DNA of 63,278 nt, the filler included, from Octopus bimaculoides (Eukaryota), in NCBI RefSeq assembly GCF_001194135.2. It is 6 parts of 5 records of this genome, joined end to end, with 100 filler letters (N's around TTAATTAATTAA, not from the genome) between each part and the next. Parts side by side here need not be neighbours in the genome. Positions count along the whole stretch, not along the records: positions 1 to 22,952 come from NC_068993.1; 5 more parts are not named here. The stretch is one strand, 5' to 3'. Below are positions 1 to 12,556 of the stretch, piece by piece. The notes below the pieces were generated by a model. The model was not told the origin of the DNA, searched no databases, and was given only the letters and a program-made list of their open reading frames with translations. The translations under genes and the position numbers were made by a program. The stretch's first letter is position 1; every line of letters begins with the position of its first letter.

Positions 1-605
1 TATATATATATATACACACGTGCATATGCACGTTATGAGTGACAGATCGATTATCAAACGTCTTGGACTATAAAGTCTTCCTTGTGTACTCTTGCTTATG
101 TATTCATATACATACATACATACATACATACATACATACATACACACACATACATTAATACACGCACACATACGTCCATATGTACGCATGCATATTATGT
201 GCGTTTGCTTTCCCACCACAATCAAAGAAAGATGGTAAACACGCCTAGTTTGAATTTGAAGTGTGATCGGCGGGAAATCTTAAGTTTGGTTTTTTTCCCT
301 TCTATCATAGTAGAACATCTATAGTTCAAACGTTATATATATAAATATATATATTACACACATACACACATTATATATAAACGGGTGGATGTGTATGTGT
401 GTGTGTGTGTGTGTGTGCGTGTGTGTATATATATATACATATATATATATATGTAAATACACACACACACGCACACCCATCCACCCGTTTGTTAAGCGGA
501 ATATCGGAAGAAAGCACCCGAAAACAAAGATATCAGAGACACCCTCATTTCAAACCTAAAACACGAAATATAGCCATAATAACAATAATACTAATAACAA
601 TAATG

Positions 606-648
<43 letters not shown>

Positions 649-1958
649 TGAAACCACCCTTAATCTAATAACCATATAAAGGGTTGTTTCCCCCCCCCCC
701 CTTGTTCTTCTGTATTCTCACGGTTTTTGTTCTAAGATTTCTTTGTCGGGTCGAACGTTTTGCATGCAAAATGCACTGCACACGTGTTTAGTGACATATA
801 TATATTATATATATGTATGTTCGTGCGCGCGTGTGATTGTGTGTGTGTGTGTGCTTGTATGTATGTATGTGTGTATGTGATTCTCACCTGTCTGGTTGAA
901 TGAATATGGCAACATATCTATATCTTTATCTATCTATCTTTCTATATATATATACATATATATATATATATGCATTCATATATATATACACACACGAAAG
1001 TTGTTACGGACGAATGCCTAAACACAAATATGTAATATATATACACACATTGAATGTTTCATAAGCTACATATACAGGTAAAGACATCAAACAGATATTA
1101 GCCGAAAGGAAGGTGAAAAATAAAAAAAAGACAACAAATAAGGCTTTAGAACATAGTTGAATTCACTCGAATAAACCAGAGCGGCTTATTATTATTATTA
1201 TGACTATTATTATTATTATTATTACAAAAAATTATTATCATGTGGTTCACTCGACCTTGTAAAAAAGTGTGAGGCAAATCTACTTGAAACCATACACTTA
1301 CGTCTTAAAAATATAAAGAAACATTGTCTGATGGAGAATAGCGAAGCAGGATGATCATCGCTAGATTGTCATTTGACCATAGTTATGGTTGATCAGAACT
1401 GATCAGGAGTTCAGCAACAACAACAACAACACGGGAAGGGGTAGCTTTCATGAGGATAGGTGGAGGGGGGCAATCGATCTTTTTAGAAATAGCAGTCAAA
1501 TCTCCGTCAAATCATACATAATAGCATATATAATGCAAGCCATATAAAACCAGTCCAAGATACGCAATATCTTAAAACAACAGTCTGTATCTGGATGGCC
1601 ACAGGTGGAACGTCGTTAATGATAGATTAAATAGTTCGATCAGACCTCACTTGAGACTAATCAAGAGATAGATAAATTACAGAATCGACGACAATTTGTT
1701 GTTTTTTATTATTTTGTTTCCGATAATAAAAGTTTATCGGATGTTGACAAAAGGAATATTTTTTTTTATCGATTTATCGAACTAGTTATTCAATATAACC
1801 AATATAAATATTGCAACTGTTTAATTAATTCAATAAATACTTAAATAACCCTAAAACTAATTCAATAAATATTTAAATAAAATGGGTACTTAATCCAACG
1901 GGTGTTTACATGTGCCTGCTAGCTGATTTCTGGGTACCTACACACATAATTATCTATC

Positions 1959-1996
<38 letters not shown>

Positions 1997-2123
1997 TATA
2001 TATACACACATATATACATATTTATAGGTACATATACTTATTCACGTACAAACTACATTATCCATACATGCGTATACATATATTTTTATACACACATACA
2101 AACCATCACACTCATATACAGAC

Positions 2124-2167
<44 letters not shown>

Positions 2168-2177
2168 NNNNNNNNNN

Positions 2178-2242
<65 letters not shown>

Positions 2243-3112
2243 CGAGTGAGTGGAAAAGTGAAAGAAGGGCACTCAACCAAATTCACTTACGTAGATCTTT
2301 ATTGACTAAAAATTTCCAATTCTAACTGAAGTGTAGCTATCGTGGCTATTAAAACAAACACTAAGGTCCCATTAAACGAATGCCATCCCCACCCCATCTA
2401 ACAAAATCCGTGGACCTTGGCATTTCTATAGAAAGTATTTTAAAATTAGACAAAGTTACCTCTACCACGTTCGAAGTCCGTTAATATCACCTTTATCTTT
2501 TATCCTTCCGGGGTCGTTTAGGGAAAAAAAGACCAATGAAATCCGGGAGTTAGTTTCACAGAAATTTCCCTTTCCTTTCAGAATGCTCGAGCTCGTGCCT
2601 GTAAAATCCACACACCTAAATCGTTGGAATAGCTAGAAATAGCGCCAAATCTCCTTTATTTTGCGCCCACCGGTTTCTTTTTTTCCTTTTTAAGGAATGA
2701 TATCTTAGACAATGTAATTCTAAAGATACAAAAGCGAGGATAATCACGGTTGGTGTGTTACCTTTCATAGATTTATTCGATCGGAGCTGATTTGGAGTTA
2801 AAACAACAACAGCATCACTTTTTAATCTTAAATATCAGCAATATTACTGTTATTGTTTTGTAGGATTAATAACATAAAGTACCAGTGAAACACGGGAGTC
2901 GATGGTACCGACTAAGACCTTCCCCTCAAAAATTCTAAGCTTTTGCCAAAATTTCAATGCTTTGTGGTATTTACGGATATAAAACAAACTTGATTTCGGT
3001 AGGATTTGAACTCAGAGCGCCAAGTCGGAACTAATATCGAAAGTCATTTTATCCAACGCTCCTTGTTAGAAATAAATTATCTGGGTTCTCCGCAATAAAT
3101 CAGGGCTCCCCA

Positions 3113-3154
3113 TTCACAGTTTCTAGTCTTCTTAGGCCTTCATCAGAGAAGGAC
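3113..3154 (-). ncRNA. Degenerate minimal type I hammerhead-ribozyme-like motif (Penelope-type repeat)
   Basis: Minus strand reads gtccttct-CTGATGA-aggcc-taagaa-gacta-GAAAC-TGTG. The core boxes are present, but stem II is mismatched and the cleavage triplet is non-permissive (G at position 17). Same repeat family as 3465-3505. Confidence 0.4.
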
Positions 3155-3464
3155 AGAAATTTTTGTTTTTTCCTGTCTACTGAAAGATTAATTTTGGACT
3201 CAATTAAACTGGTTTGCTTAATTTGCATAACAATGCATGCGTTGACAACGTGAATTGATTAGTTTATGGTTACACTCCAGAGCGTTTTTAGTTCATTTGA
3301 AAAATAAATTATACCGTTTTTAAATAAACATAGATGCTTACCCATAACAAAATTTCACTGACCAGTTCAATTGATTCCTACTTCGTATGTACTAAAAGCT
3401 ACTATATGTGTGCTATATACTGCTATAACTACTAATTTCTTTGTGGACAAGAGACGGACATCCC

Positions 3465-3505
3465 TTCTCTGACGAGGGTCTAAGACGACCAGAAACTAGT
3501 TAGGA
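3465..3505 (+). ncRNA. Minimal type I hammerhead-ribozyme-like motif
   Basis: ttct-CTGACGA-g-ggtc-taagac-gacc-a-GAAA-CTAG-TT-agga: CUGANGA and GAAA boxes, 4-bp stem II, 1-bp helix III with palindromic CUAG loop, about 4-bp stem I (one G.U). G.A mismatch at 10.1-11.1. Confidence 0.55.
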
Positions 3506-3520
3506 CGATTCTACTTTTTT

Positions 3521-3552
<32 letters not shown>

Positions 3553-3558
3553 GTATAT

Positions 3559-3616
3559 ATCCTGGTTTCACAACGGTAACACCGTTGTGTGGATTCTACC
3601 GTTGTGAAACCAGGAT
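3559..3616. repeat. 58-nt hairpin with perfect 20-bp arms (mini-MITE or pre-miRNA-like)
   Basis: atcctggtttcacaacggta (3559-3578) is the exact reverse complement of taccgttgtgaaaccaggat (3597-3616); 18-nt spacer. Confidence 0.85.
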
Positions 3617-4370
3617 TTTTAGGGGACTAAATGAACCCTGATATTTTACTGGTACTTTATTTTATCGACTTGAAGAGCTGAAAGGCGAAGCCAATACTAG
3701 CCTTATTTGAACCCGGACCGTAAAATTACCACAAGACATGAGTTAGTTTCTATATAGCAACAGGTGAACTATAGCGTCATTATTTACAGGTTCCTATCAG
3801 AGGGCAGTTACTGACTCACATTTCCGACTGTTACAGTGACAAGGAGTGTCTCTTATACAGTGCGGAACAACTATCATAAAGGACAGTCCGATAATCTACC
3901 GATTCTGCCACTTCAATTCCAAAGGACTGGGTAAGGTGATTGTTAAATCTGCTAGAAATAACAGTGAAAGTCCGCTTAATTTACGCCCTGTCGTATTGAA
4001 AGAATATATAAAATCTTATGGCTAAAATTTATGTGCAGTAAATTAATTTCATTGATTACATACTTCCAAATTACACAATATATTTTAAAAAGTTTTTATG
4101 CAATTCCTAAAAATAATTAATAATATTTATATATATATACACAGACACACCGAACTGCAAAAATTGGTTGAGAATCACTGCCGTCAAGGCAAAAACTATT
4201 TACAGTATATGTAACAGAGACAAAGCAATATCCACGACAGAAGTGTAGAGAGGGAACGTCATCGATGGGGTAGCGGAAGTCGACGGAAGGACTTTGGACA
4301 AATCCAGCCGATTCACTGATTGGCCGAACGATTAGTTAATTGGTTGACTAATTGAATAATATTAATAATC

Positions 4371-4577
4371 CTTTCTACTGTTGGCACAAGGCCTGAAATT
4401 TGTGGGGAGGGGTAAAGTCAATTACATCGAACACAGTGTATAACCGGTACTTAATTCATCGACCCCCGAAAGGATGAAAGGCAAAGTCGACCTCAGCGGA
4501 GTTTGAACTCAGAACGTAGAGACGGACGAAATGCCGCTAAGCATATTGCCCGGTGTGGTAACTATTCTGCCAGCTCG
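4371..4577 (-). mobile_element. tRNA-derived SINE, family A
   Basis: Reverse complement of head gagctggcagaat..., B-box-like gagttcaaactcc, core gtcgactttgcctttcatcctttcggggtcg; many homologous copies in the window. Confidence 0.85.
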
Positions 4578-4655
4578 TTACACAATAATAACAACAACAA
4601 CAACAACAACGACAATAATAATAATAATAATAATGATAATAATAATAATAATAAT

Positions 4656-4869
4656 CCTTTCTACTATAGGTACAAGGCCTGAAATTTGGTGGGGGTGCTA
4701 ATCAATTACCCCGATCCCAGTGTTTAGCTGGTATTTATTTCATTGACTCCGAAAGGAGGAAAGGCAAAGTCTACCCCGGTGTTTATTTGAACTTCGGAAA
4801 GTAAAGATCCGGAAGAATTACCGCTATGCATTTTGTCCGACTCGCTAAGGATTGTACAACCTCACCACT
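4656..4869 (-). mobile_element. tRNA-derived SINE, family A (diverged)
   Basis: Same ttctactataggtacaaggcctgaaattt...gaaaggcaaagtc...tttgaact pattern as 4371-4577. Confidence 0.8.
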
Positions 4870-5164
4870 TTAATGATAATAATAATAATAATAATGATAA
4901 TAATAATAATAATAATAATCATAATGATAAAAGAAGTGACATAGAACCAGTGCGTGTGTCCATTATTGGCATAGTGACCCTCCCGAGATAAAAGCAAAAT
5001 ACGTTTCTTTAACACATGATTTCACATCAAGAACCATGCAAACAAAAGCAAAAATTAAATTATGAGTAACGGTTGATTATATTTACAAGATCAAACACAA
5101 CAACATGATGGGGGAGAAAAAAGGGGAAATAAACAATTAGACAAAAAAAAAAAGGGGAAGAAAA

Positions 5165-5201
5165 TGACCCCAGCTGACCTTCATCCGGGTCATCACGGTC
5201 A
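5165..5201. promoter_or_regulatory. Cluster of four nuclear-receptor half-sites (DR4 / ER6 / DR3-like)
   Basis: TGACCC-cagc-TGACCT-tcatcc-GGGTCA-tca-CGGTCA within 37 bp of non-repetitive-looking sequence. Confidence 0.4.
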
Positions 5202-6004
5202 ACAATTGACATATCTCAACTTCCGAAACAGAGACGGATATTACTGTATGTTAAGTAATACAACAGAGCATCGCGTTTGCAGGACCACCACCACCAAAAA
5301 TAACAGAAAAGGGTTATAGCCGGAACGCTTTTGATCCTTGTTTCGCTAGATGACCAGGGTCTAGACAATAGCAACTAGAATAACGATATCTCCATCATCA
5401 TCATCATCATTGATTCATACAGTTAGAGTTACAAACACACATGTATACACACACATGCATACACGTATACACACACACACATTTTCTTGTACGACGATCG
5501 TTGATTACGAAATTCGTGGTTTTACTGTCTTGGAAAGGATTCATGAATGAAGTTGTTAGTAATTGGAGGAGGAGGAGGAGGAGAAGGTTTCGACAATGTG
5601 TGTGCGTGTGTGTATGTCTGGTGGTGGCAGTAGGAGGAGAAAAAGAGAGGGGAGAGAGAGATAGAGTTAATAAGAAGATTAAACAAGAGTGTGTGAGAAA
5701 TATAGTTTGTGTGTGTGTGTGGAGCGGTGACGTAAACGAACACTGAATTGGGTGAGAACAGAGCAACCCCACCACCAACACACATCTAGTACTCCAGTAT
5801 GGTCACTTTCCAATGGATAGATCCAAATTATAGACTGGTTTATATCAAACGTTTGTACGAATATTAAAATGTGTATATGAATGATTGTGTGTGTGCGAGA
5901 GAGAGAGAGAAATTGAGGAATAAACTATGGAAAACCGATATATTTTATCATATTATATCAATATGTAAGTATGTATGTATGTATGTAGGTATGTATGTAT
6001 ATTC

Positions 6005-6230
6005 TCTTTATCTTTCACTTGTTTCAGTCAATGAACTGTGGCCATGCTAGAACATCACCTTGAAGGGGTTTAGTCGAACAAATCGATCTTAGTACTAGTT
6101 TTTCTCTGTTTTTGATTTTCAGCCGGGTACTTATTTGGTCGGGAGATTTTTCCGAACCTCTAAATCACGGGGACGTAAACAAACCAACACCGACACACAG
6201 TGACACAGGTGGGACAAATGCACGCAATAC
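6005..6230 (-). mobile_element. SINE family B, 3' part
   Basis: Reverse complement of the ...gtccccgtgatttagaggttcgg...gatttgttcgactaaacccc...gttctagcatggccacagt tail shared with 20445-20915. Confidence 0.75.
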
Positions 6231-6571
6231 ATACATGTATATATATATANNNNNNNNNNNNNNNNNNNNNNNNNNNNNNNNNNNNNNNNNNNNNNNNNNN
6301 NNNNNNNNNNNNNNNNNNNNNNNNNNNNNNNNNNNNNNNNNNNNNNNNNNNNNNNNNNNNNNNNNNNNNNNNNNNNNNNNNNNNNNNNNNNNNNNNNNNN
6401 NNNNNNNNNNNNNNNNNNNNNNNNNNNNNNNNNNNNNNNNNNNNNNNNNNNNNNNNNNNNNNNNNNNNNNNNNNNNNNNNNNNNNNNNNNNNNNNNNNNN
6501 NNNNNNNNNNNNNNNNNNNNNNNNNNNNNNNNNNNNNNNNNNNNNNNNNNNNNNNNNNNNNNNNNNNNNNN

Positions 6572-6622
<51 letters not shown>

Positions 6623-7054
6623 GTGTGTGTGTGTGTATTTGTGTGTGTAAGAGTTAAAAAGTAAAATAATATCAAAGACAGAAAAGGACGAAAAGACCGA
6701 TAAAGACAGATTAATGTGATGAAATTGGCGCTTGGAATGGAATGGAAAGGTGTGTGTGGTGTTAGAAAGTGGAAGGGAAGGCGAAGCAATAATCCTTAAA
6801 AGCGCACGCCCTCACATCCTCATTCCTCTATCAAAAGTAAAATAAAATAAATATATAATAATGATAATAGATAAAAATAAATAAGCGTGGGACGGACGAA
6901 GAAATAACGGATTCATATTCATTTATCTTCTTTCGAAAAACAGAGAAGCATACATCCATACACAAACACACACACATAGTTCTGAAAACAAAACCGTGTT
7001 ATCAAAAGACTAAATCCAGTTTCCGTAATTCTTAAAAGTTACAACATTCACTTC

Positions 7055-7453
7055 TTTTCTACTCTAGGCATAAGGCCCGAAATTTTGTGGGGAGAGGGCA
7101 AGTCCATTAGATCGACGCCAGTACACAACTGGTACTTAATTTATCGACCCCCGAAAGGATAGCTTGAAAGACAAAGTCGACCTTGGCGGAATTTGAACTC
7201 AGAACATAAAGACAGACGAAATACCACTAAGCATTTCACCCAGCGTGCTAACGTTTCATATTTCTTTACTGCCCACAAGGGGCTACACACAGAGGGGACA
7301 AACAAGGACAGACAAAGGGATTAAGTCGATTACATCGACCCCAGTGCGTAACTGGTACTTAATTTATCGACCCCGAAAGGATGAAAGGCAAAGTCGCCCT
7401 TGGCGGAATTTGAACTCAGAACGTAACGGCAACGAAATACCGCTAAGCATTTC
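7055..7453 (-). mobile_element. Two tandem family A SINE copies (second truncated by a gap)
   Basis: Two consecutive atcgaccccgaaaggat...gaaaggcaaagtcg...ggcggaatttgaactcagaac blocks. Confidence 0.85.
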
Positions 7454-7580
7454 NNNNNNNNNNNNNNNNNNNNNNNNNNNNNTTCTACATGTCGCTCCAC
7501 CTGCTAGAAATAGCAAACAATTGAGAGTGTCTTTCAAAGGAAAGTCAATATCGATAAAATAAATAAATAAATGAATAAAT

Positions 7581-7960
7581 GGGCGCAGGTTTGGTTGTGT
7601 AGTTAAGAAGCTCGGTTTACAATTATACACATGGTTTCGGGTTCAGTCCTGCTACGCAAATATCTTCTATTATAGCCCCAGGCGACCAATACTTTGTAAG
7701 TAGATTCGGGAGGAGGAAAATGTGCGCAAGCTCATCGTATTCATACAAATGTATAAATACACATATGTACATGTGTACTTTTTCGTTTGTCTCCACTGCC
7801 GTTTGATAATCAGCGTCACTTTGTTTATGCCGTCGTGATCTAGCGTTTCGGCAAAAGAAAACGATAGAATAAGAATCAGCCTTAAAAAATAAGTACTGGA
7901 CTCCACTGGTTCAACTACACTTTTCAAGGTGGTGCCCCAGCATGGTCGTATAGTCCAAGG
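7581..7960 (+). mobile_element. SINE family B (tRNA-like head, internal microsatellite)
   Basis: ggcgcagg..tggttgtgtagttaag head, gggttcagtcc B-box-like motif, tail ...ggtgccccagcatggtcg. Confidence 0.75.
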
Positions 7961-8104
7961 ACTGTAACAAGAATAACATAATTTTAAGAAATGATTCTAA
8001 ACAAAAAGGAGACCATAGGTAGAAAGAATGTTTTTTGATTTCAAGAAATGATGTACCAGTTATAACTTGGGGTTTGAACAACAACAATAACAAGAAATAA
8101 TGAT

Positions 8105-8270
8105 TTCTGATTTAGGTACAAGGCCGGCAACTTTAAAAGGAAGCGGTGTCAGTCGATTATATCGACGTCAGTACTAACTAACCTGCTACTTTATTTCATC
8201 GAACCCCGCGAGCGATGAAAAGTAAAGCTGACCCGTGCGGGATTTGAACTCAGAACGTAATGCCGGAAAC
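8105..8270 (-). mobile_element. SINE family A
   Basis: caaggcc...gtcgattatatcgac...gggatttgaactcagaacgtaa. Confidence 0.75.
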
Positions 8271-9374
8271 ACGAAGAAAACAGTAAATATTTACTTCGTT
8301 CATGAAACACAAATTCATTCATGTACATAAGAACCAAATCAATGACGAATTACTCTTATTTAATTGCTAGTAGAATTTTCTTCTTCTTCAGTAGTTAGCT
8401 GGTACTAAATAACTTTGTTGATCAGTCGAAGAATATGTTTTTAATATAGTAACGGCGTTGGTCTGTCTTGCGTTTCATACTCTCTCTTTCTCTTTCTCTC
8501 TCTCCTTGTCTGTCTGTCTGTCTCTGTATATAATATCTTCTATGTCTGTGTGTTTGTGCCAATGGCAATGCAAGGCAAAAAGCACTGAACACTTTTCTTT
8601 CCCCTTCCCGTTATAACGTGTAATAACATCATCAGCAGAGCACACACACACACACAGAAAAGTTGTTTCTCCTTTTGTGTGCATACGTGTATGTATGTGT
8701 GTGTGTGTGTGTGTGTTTCTGTGTCTGCACTTCGTTCTTTCCACCCTCGTCACCTCTTCAGTCTTTTAGTACCACATACATACATAACATACATACATAC
8801 ATACATACATACATGTACACCAATACGTGTGTATGTGTGTGTAGTGGAATGTTTTGGTTGAGTCACAGTGGCTAGTTACTCACTCACTCACTCACTCACT
8901 CATTCCTTTTTTTTTTCCCACCGTCGCTTCTTTCCACCGTAAGAATGAATATAACGGAATTATCCAAGAATTTCATCGTTACATTTAAGACCTGCTTATT
9001 GAACAGAATTTCTTGTGTTGCAAGAAACACACAAACACACATACACATGCACATACACTCACACGTGTCTGTTTGTGTGTGAGTGAAAGCGTGTGGTGTG
9101 CTTGAATGGATGTAGAGCTATGTCGGTACGTCTGCCTTCAATCAATTTCTCTCTCGATCACTCGAACACACAAACACATAAAACAGGGGAAAAAAACAAA
9201 ACAAAACTGCATTGTATACAAACACGTATTGTTTTCAAACACATTGCATAGTTCCCAATTCCACCGCTACCATCATCATCACCACCACCACTACCACCTC
9301 CATTTGCACTTCACTACTACGGCCGTGGTAGCCACAACAACACCAGTGATGGACGGACTAATAAACAACAATAA

Positions 9375-9575
9375 GTACAAAGGCCTGAAATTCTGGAGAA
9401 GGGACTAGTCGATTACGTCGAACCCTTGTGTTTCACTGGTACTTAATTTATCGATCCCGAAAGGATGAAAGACAAAGTCGGCCACGACGGAATTTGAACT
9501 CAGAATGTAGCGACAGACGATATACCGCTAGGCAATTTCGTCCTACGTGCCAACGATTCTGCCAGCTCACCGCCT
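9375..9575 (-). mobile_element. SINE family A
   Basis: Full pattern ending ...gattctgccagctcaccgcctta, followed by (CAA)n. Confidence 0.85.
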
Positions 9576-9783
9576 TAACAACAACAACAACAATAATAAT
9601 TATTATTATTATTATAACGACAATTGTAATGTTAATGGTAATGTAGTGCCCTTCCGTATTATTGTTCTTCTCCTTCCTAGCACCAATATTGGATGGAATG
9701 AACAACAGAGACCGAAACGTAAGCCGCAAAGACCCCACCACCACCACCATCATCAATATGGCTATTACTACTACCACGACTAT

Positions 9784-9815
<32 letters not shown>

Positions 9816-10248
9816 GTGCTGCTGGAGATGAGGAAGACGTGGGGGTAGGCGGTAGAGAAGAAAAAGAAGAATAGAAGCCATTGGAATTCGATGTCGTTGA
9901 TGTGAGACAGAAAAATGTGGCAAAGATAACGACATGATTCCAGCATCAGTATTGTACATAAATATATACCAGCGTGTATGAATTACATACATACATATAC
10001 GCACGCGTGCACGCACACACACACACACACACACACATACATAGTACATGTGTGTCTGTGTGCGCGCGTGGATAGATAAGCAGGTATAGATACATATGCA
10101 CATACATTTATATATCATAACAGCATCGTGTTAGAGTCACATTCGTCAATTGTAGACACAAACATTGTTATTTACTAGTTTCCGGCTGTTGTAACCACTT
10201 GTGTCTCATTTTACTGGCAATACCACACACACACACACACACACATGT

Positions 10249-10328
<80 letters not shown>

Positions 10329-11064
10329 ATTTGGAACTGTAGAATAACGATACTTGGACCTGCGATGCAAAGAAGACTCGCGCATTCCCATCCGTATGTC
10401 TTACAACTTGGTCACTGGTATAATAAAACGTGTGTTTGTATCCAAGATATCCAACGTGTAGAAGAATTTGGCTCGAAAGAGACATAATATACATTATTTA
10501 GTTGATATCCACTTTTTGATACATGTATACACACACACACACACACACACTCAGAGCAAGATGTTTTTTTTTCTTTTTAAATGACTAATATAAACTCTAT
10601 TACCATGATATATAATAATACGTGTGTGTGTGTGTGAAACGCTAACGATAAATGAGGAATATTTATATACACGCACATTCCACCGCTTGGGCGCACGTGT
10701 ATATCGTAAACTGCATGCATATGCACACATGTTCAAATATGTATATATTCACATATATATGTGTGTGTGTGTGTGTGTGCATATCAGGACACATGTATAC
10801 ATACATACGTAAGGTAAACTTTGTTGTTTGAAAAAACCATGGTAAAGTCACTCAACGCACACCCACATGCGTGTGTGCTTTTGCACTCATTCATACAATC
10901 ATCCATTTGTTCGTTCGCTCTCATTACATCTATTTATCCATTACACACACACACACACACATGCACAAAAATGCCTTCTTTCTCTCTCTTACTTTATATA
11001 TATATCTCTCTCTTTCTCACCCCCTCTCTCTCTCGCTCTCTCTTCTTCTTCATCTTCTCAACAC

Positions 11065-11124
11065 ATGCCTACATTGTCAATTCTTAATACTTTCGGAGTG
11101 ATTGACGAAAACAAAAGACGGAAG
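11065..11124 (+). other. Candidate exon (ATG to splice donor), MPTLSILNTFGVIDENKRRK
   Basis: Unique sequence after a pyrimidine-rich stretch; ATG at 11065; 60 nt open; strong donor AAG|GTAAGA at 11125. No homology recognised, so it may be UTR or chance. Confidence 0.3.
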
Positions 11125-11470
11125 GTAAGATATCAGGACGAAAATTAAAAATATATATAAAGAAAAAATTAATACACAAATAAATAAATATATATATATA
11201 AAGGTGAAAAGAATGGAATTTATTTACCTGGTCATTTAGAAATGGCTTGAGGTGAGAATAATAATAATAATTATTATTATTATGATGATGATAATGATGA
11301 TTGAAAATTTACATAAGGCGGAAGAATGAGGAAAACAAAATAAATAGCCGGAGTGAAGCCGTTATGTATATCCATGTATATATACATACATGTGTATATA
11401 TAAATATGTTTGTGTTTGTATGTATGTATGTATGTTTGTGTAAGAAGTATGATCCTGGCTTTGGTGTATG

Positions 11471-11513
<43 letters not shown>

Positions 11514-12556
11514 ACGTCTTCCTCCGTTCCGTCTTAGGATATATAATATATATGTGTGTATATATATGTATATATATATTTTTTCCTTTTTTACAAAAAA
11601 TAGCAGTTTGGCTTGGCTTGGTTTGGTAAAAAAAGGCACCGTTATTTCGCGACGATGGCATCCAGATATTTTGCACTTCTGACAGAAGTGCTGTCATTAA
11701 CATGATGCGGCATCTTCTGAAATCCCAGCAACTCCCTTCCAACGGGATGCCGGGAGATTCTTCAACAAGGGAAAAACAGAATATAACTTTGCAAATATAA
11801 CACNNNNNNNNNNNNNNNNNNNNNNNNNNNNNNNNNNNNNNNNNNNNNNNNNNNNNNNNNNNNNNNNNNNNNNNNNNNNNNNNNNNNNNNNNNNNNNNNN
11901 NNNNNNNNNNNNNNNNNNNNNNNNNNNNNNNNNNNNNNNNNNNNNNNNNNNNNNNNNNNNNNNNNNNNNNNNNNNNNNNNNNNNNNNNNNNNNNNNNNNN
12001 NNNNNNNNNNNNNNNNNNNNNNNNNNNNNNNNNNNNNNNNNNNNNNNNNNNNNNNNNNNNNNNNNNNNNNNNNNNNNNNNNNNNNNNNNNNNNNNNNNNN
12101 NNNNNNNNNNNNNNNNNNNNNNNNNNNNNNNNNNNNNNNNNNNNNNNNNNNNNNNNNNNNNNNNNNNNNNNNNNNNNNNNNNNNNNNNNNNNNNNNNNNN
12201 NNNNNNNNNNNNNNNNNNNNNNNNNNNNNNNNNNNNNNNNNNNNNNNNNNNNNNNNNNNNNNNNNNNNNNNNNNNNNNNNNNNNNNNNNNNNNNNNNNNN
12301 NNNNNNNNNNNNNCATAACAAGTATAATACGGTTGAATATGAGCTGGTGCGTGCGTGCGCGTGTATGTGTATGTATATGTGCGTGTGTGTGTGTGAAAGA
12401 ATTTGTGACTATCTCGCTCTCTGTCTCTCTCTTCACTGTCCCCTTTCCTTTACCTTTCTCTCTCCCGCTGTCTCCCCCCCCCACTCTCTCTTTCTTTCAC
12501 TCTATCTATCCTTTTCTCTCCTCCTCCCGCTCCTTCTATAAAGTTGCATGTGTGAT

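Noticed and set aside
2291-2325. Minus-strand 35-nt exon candidate (ttcag|...|gtaagt)
   Set aside because: Stops in all three frames, and it lies in or near repeat-derived sequence.
4166-4180. hAT-like terminus ggttgagaatcactg
   Set aside because: No matching opposite TIR or TSD found.
10906-10917. 12-nt match to the 5' end of miR-375 (tttgttcgttcg)
   Set aside because: The 3' half diverges and there is no complementary arm upstream or downstream to form a precursor.
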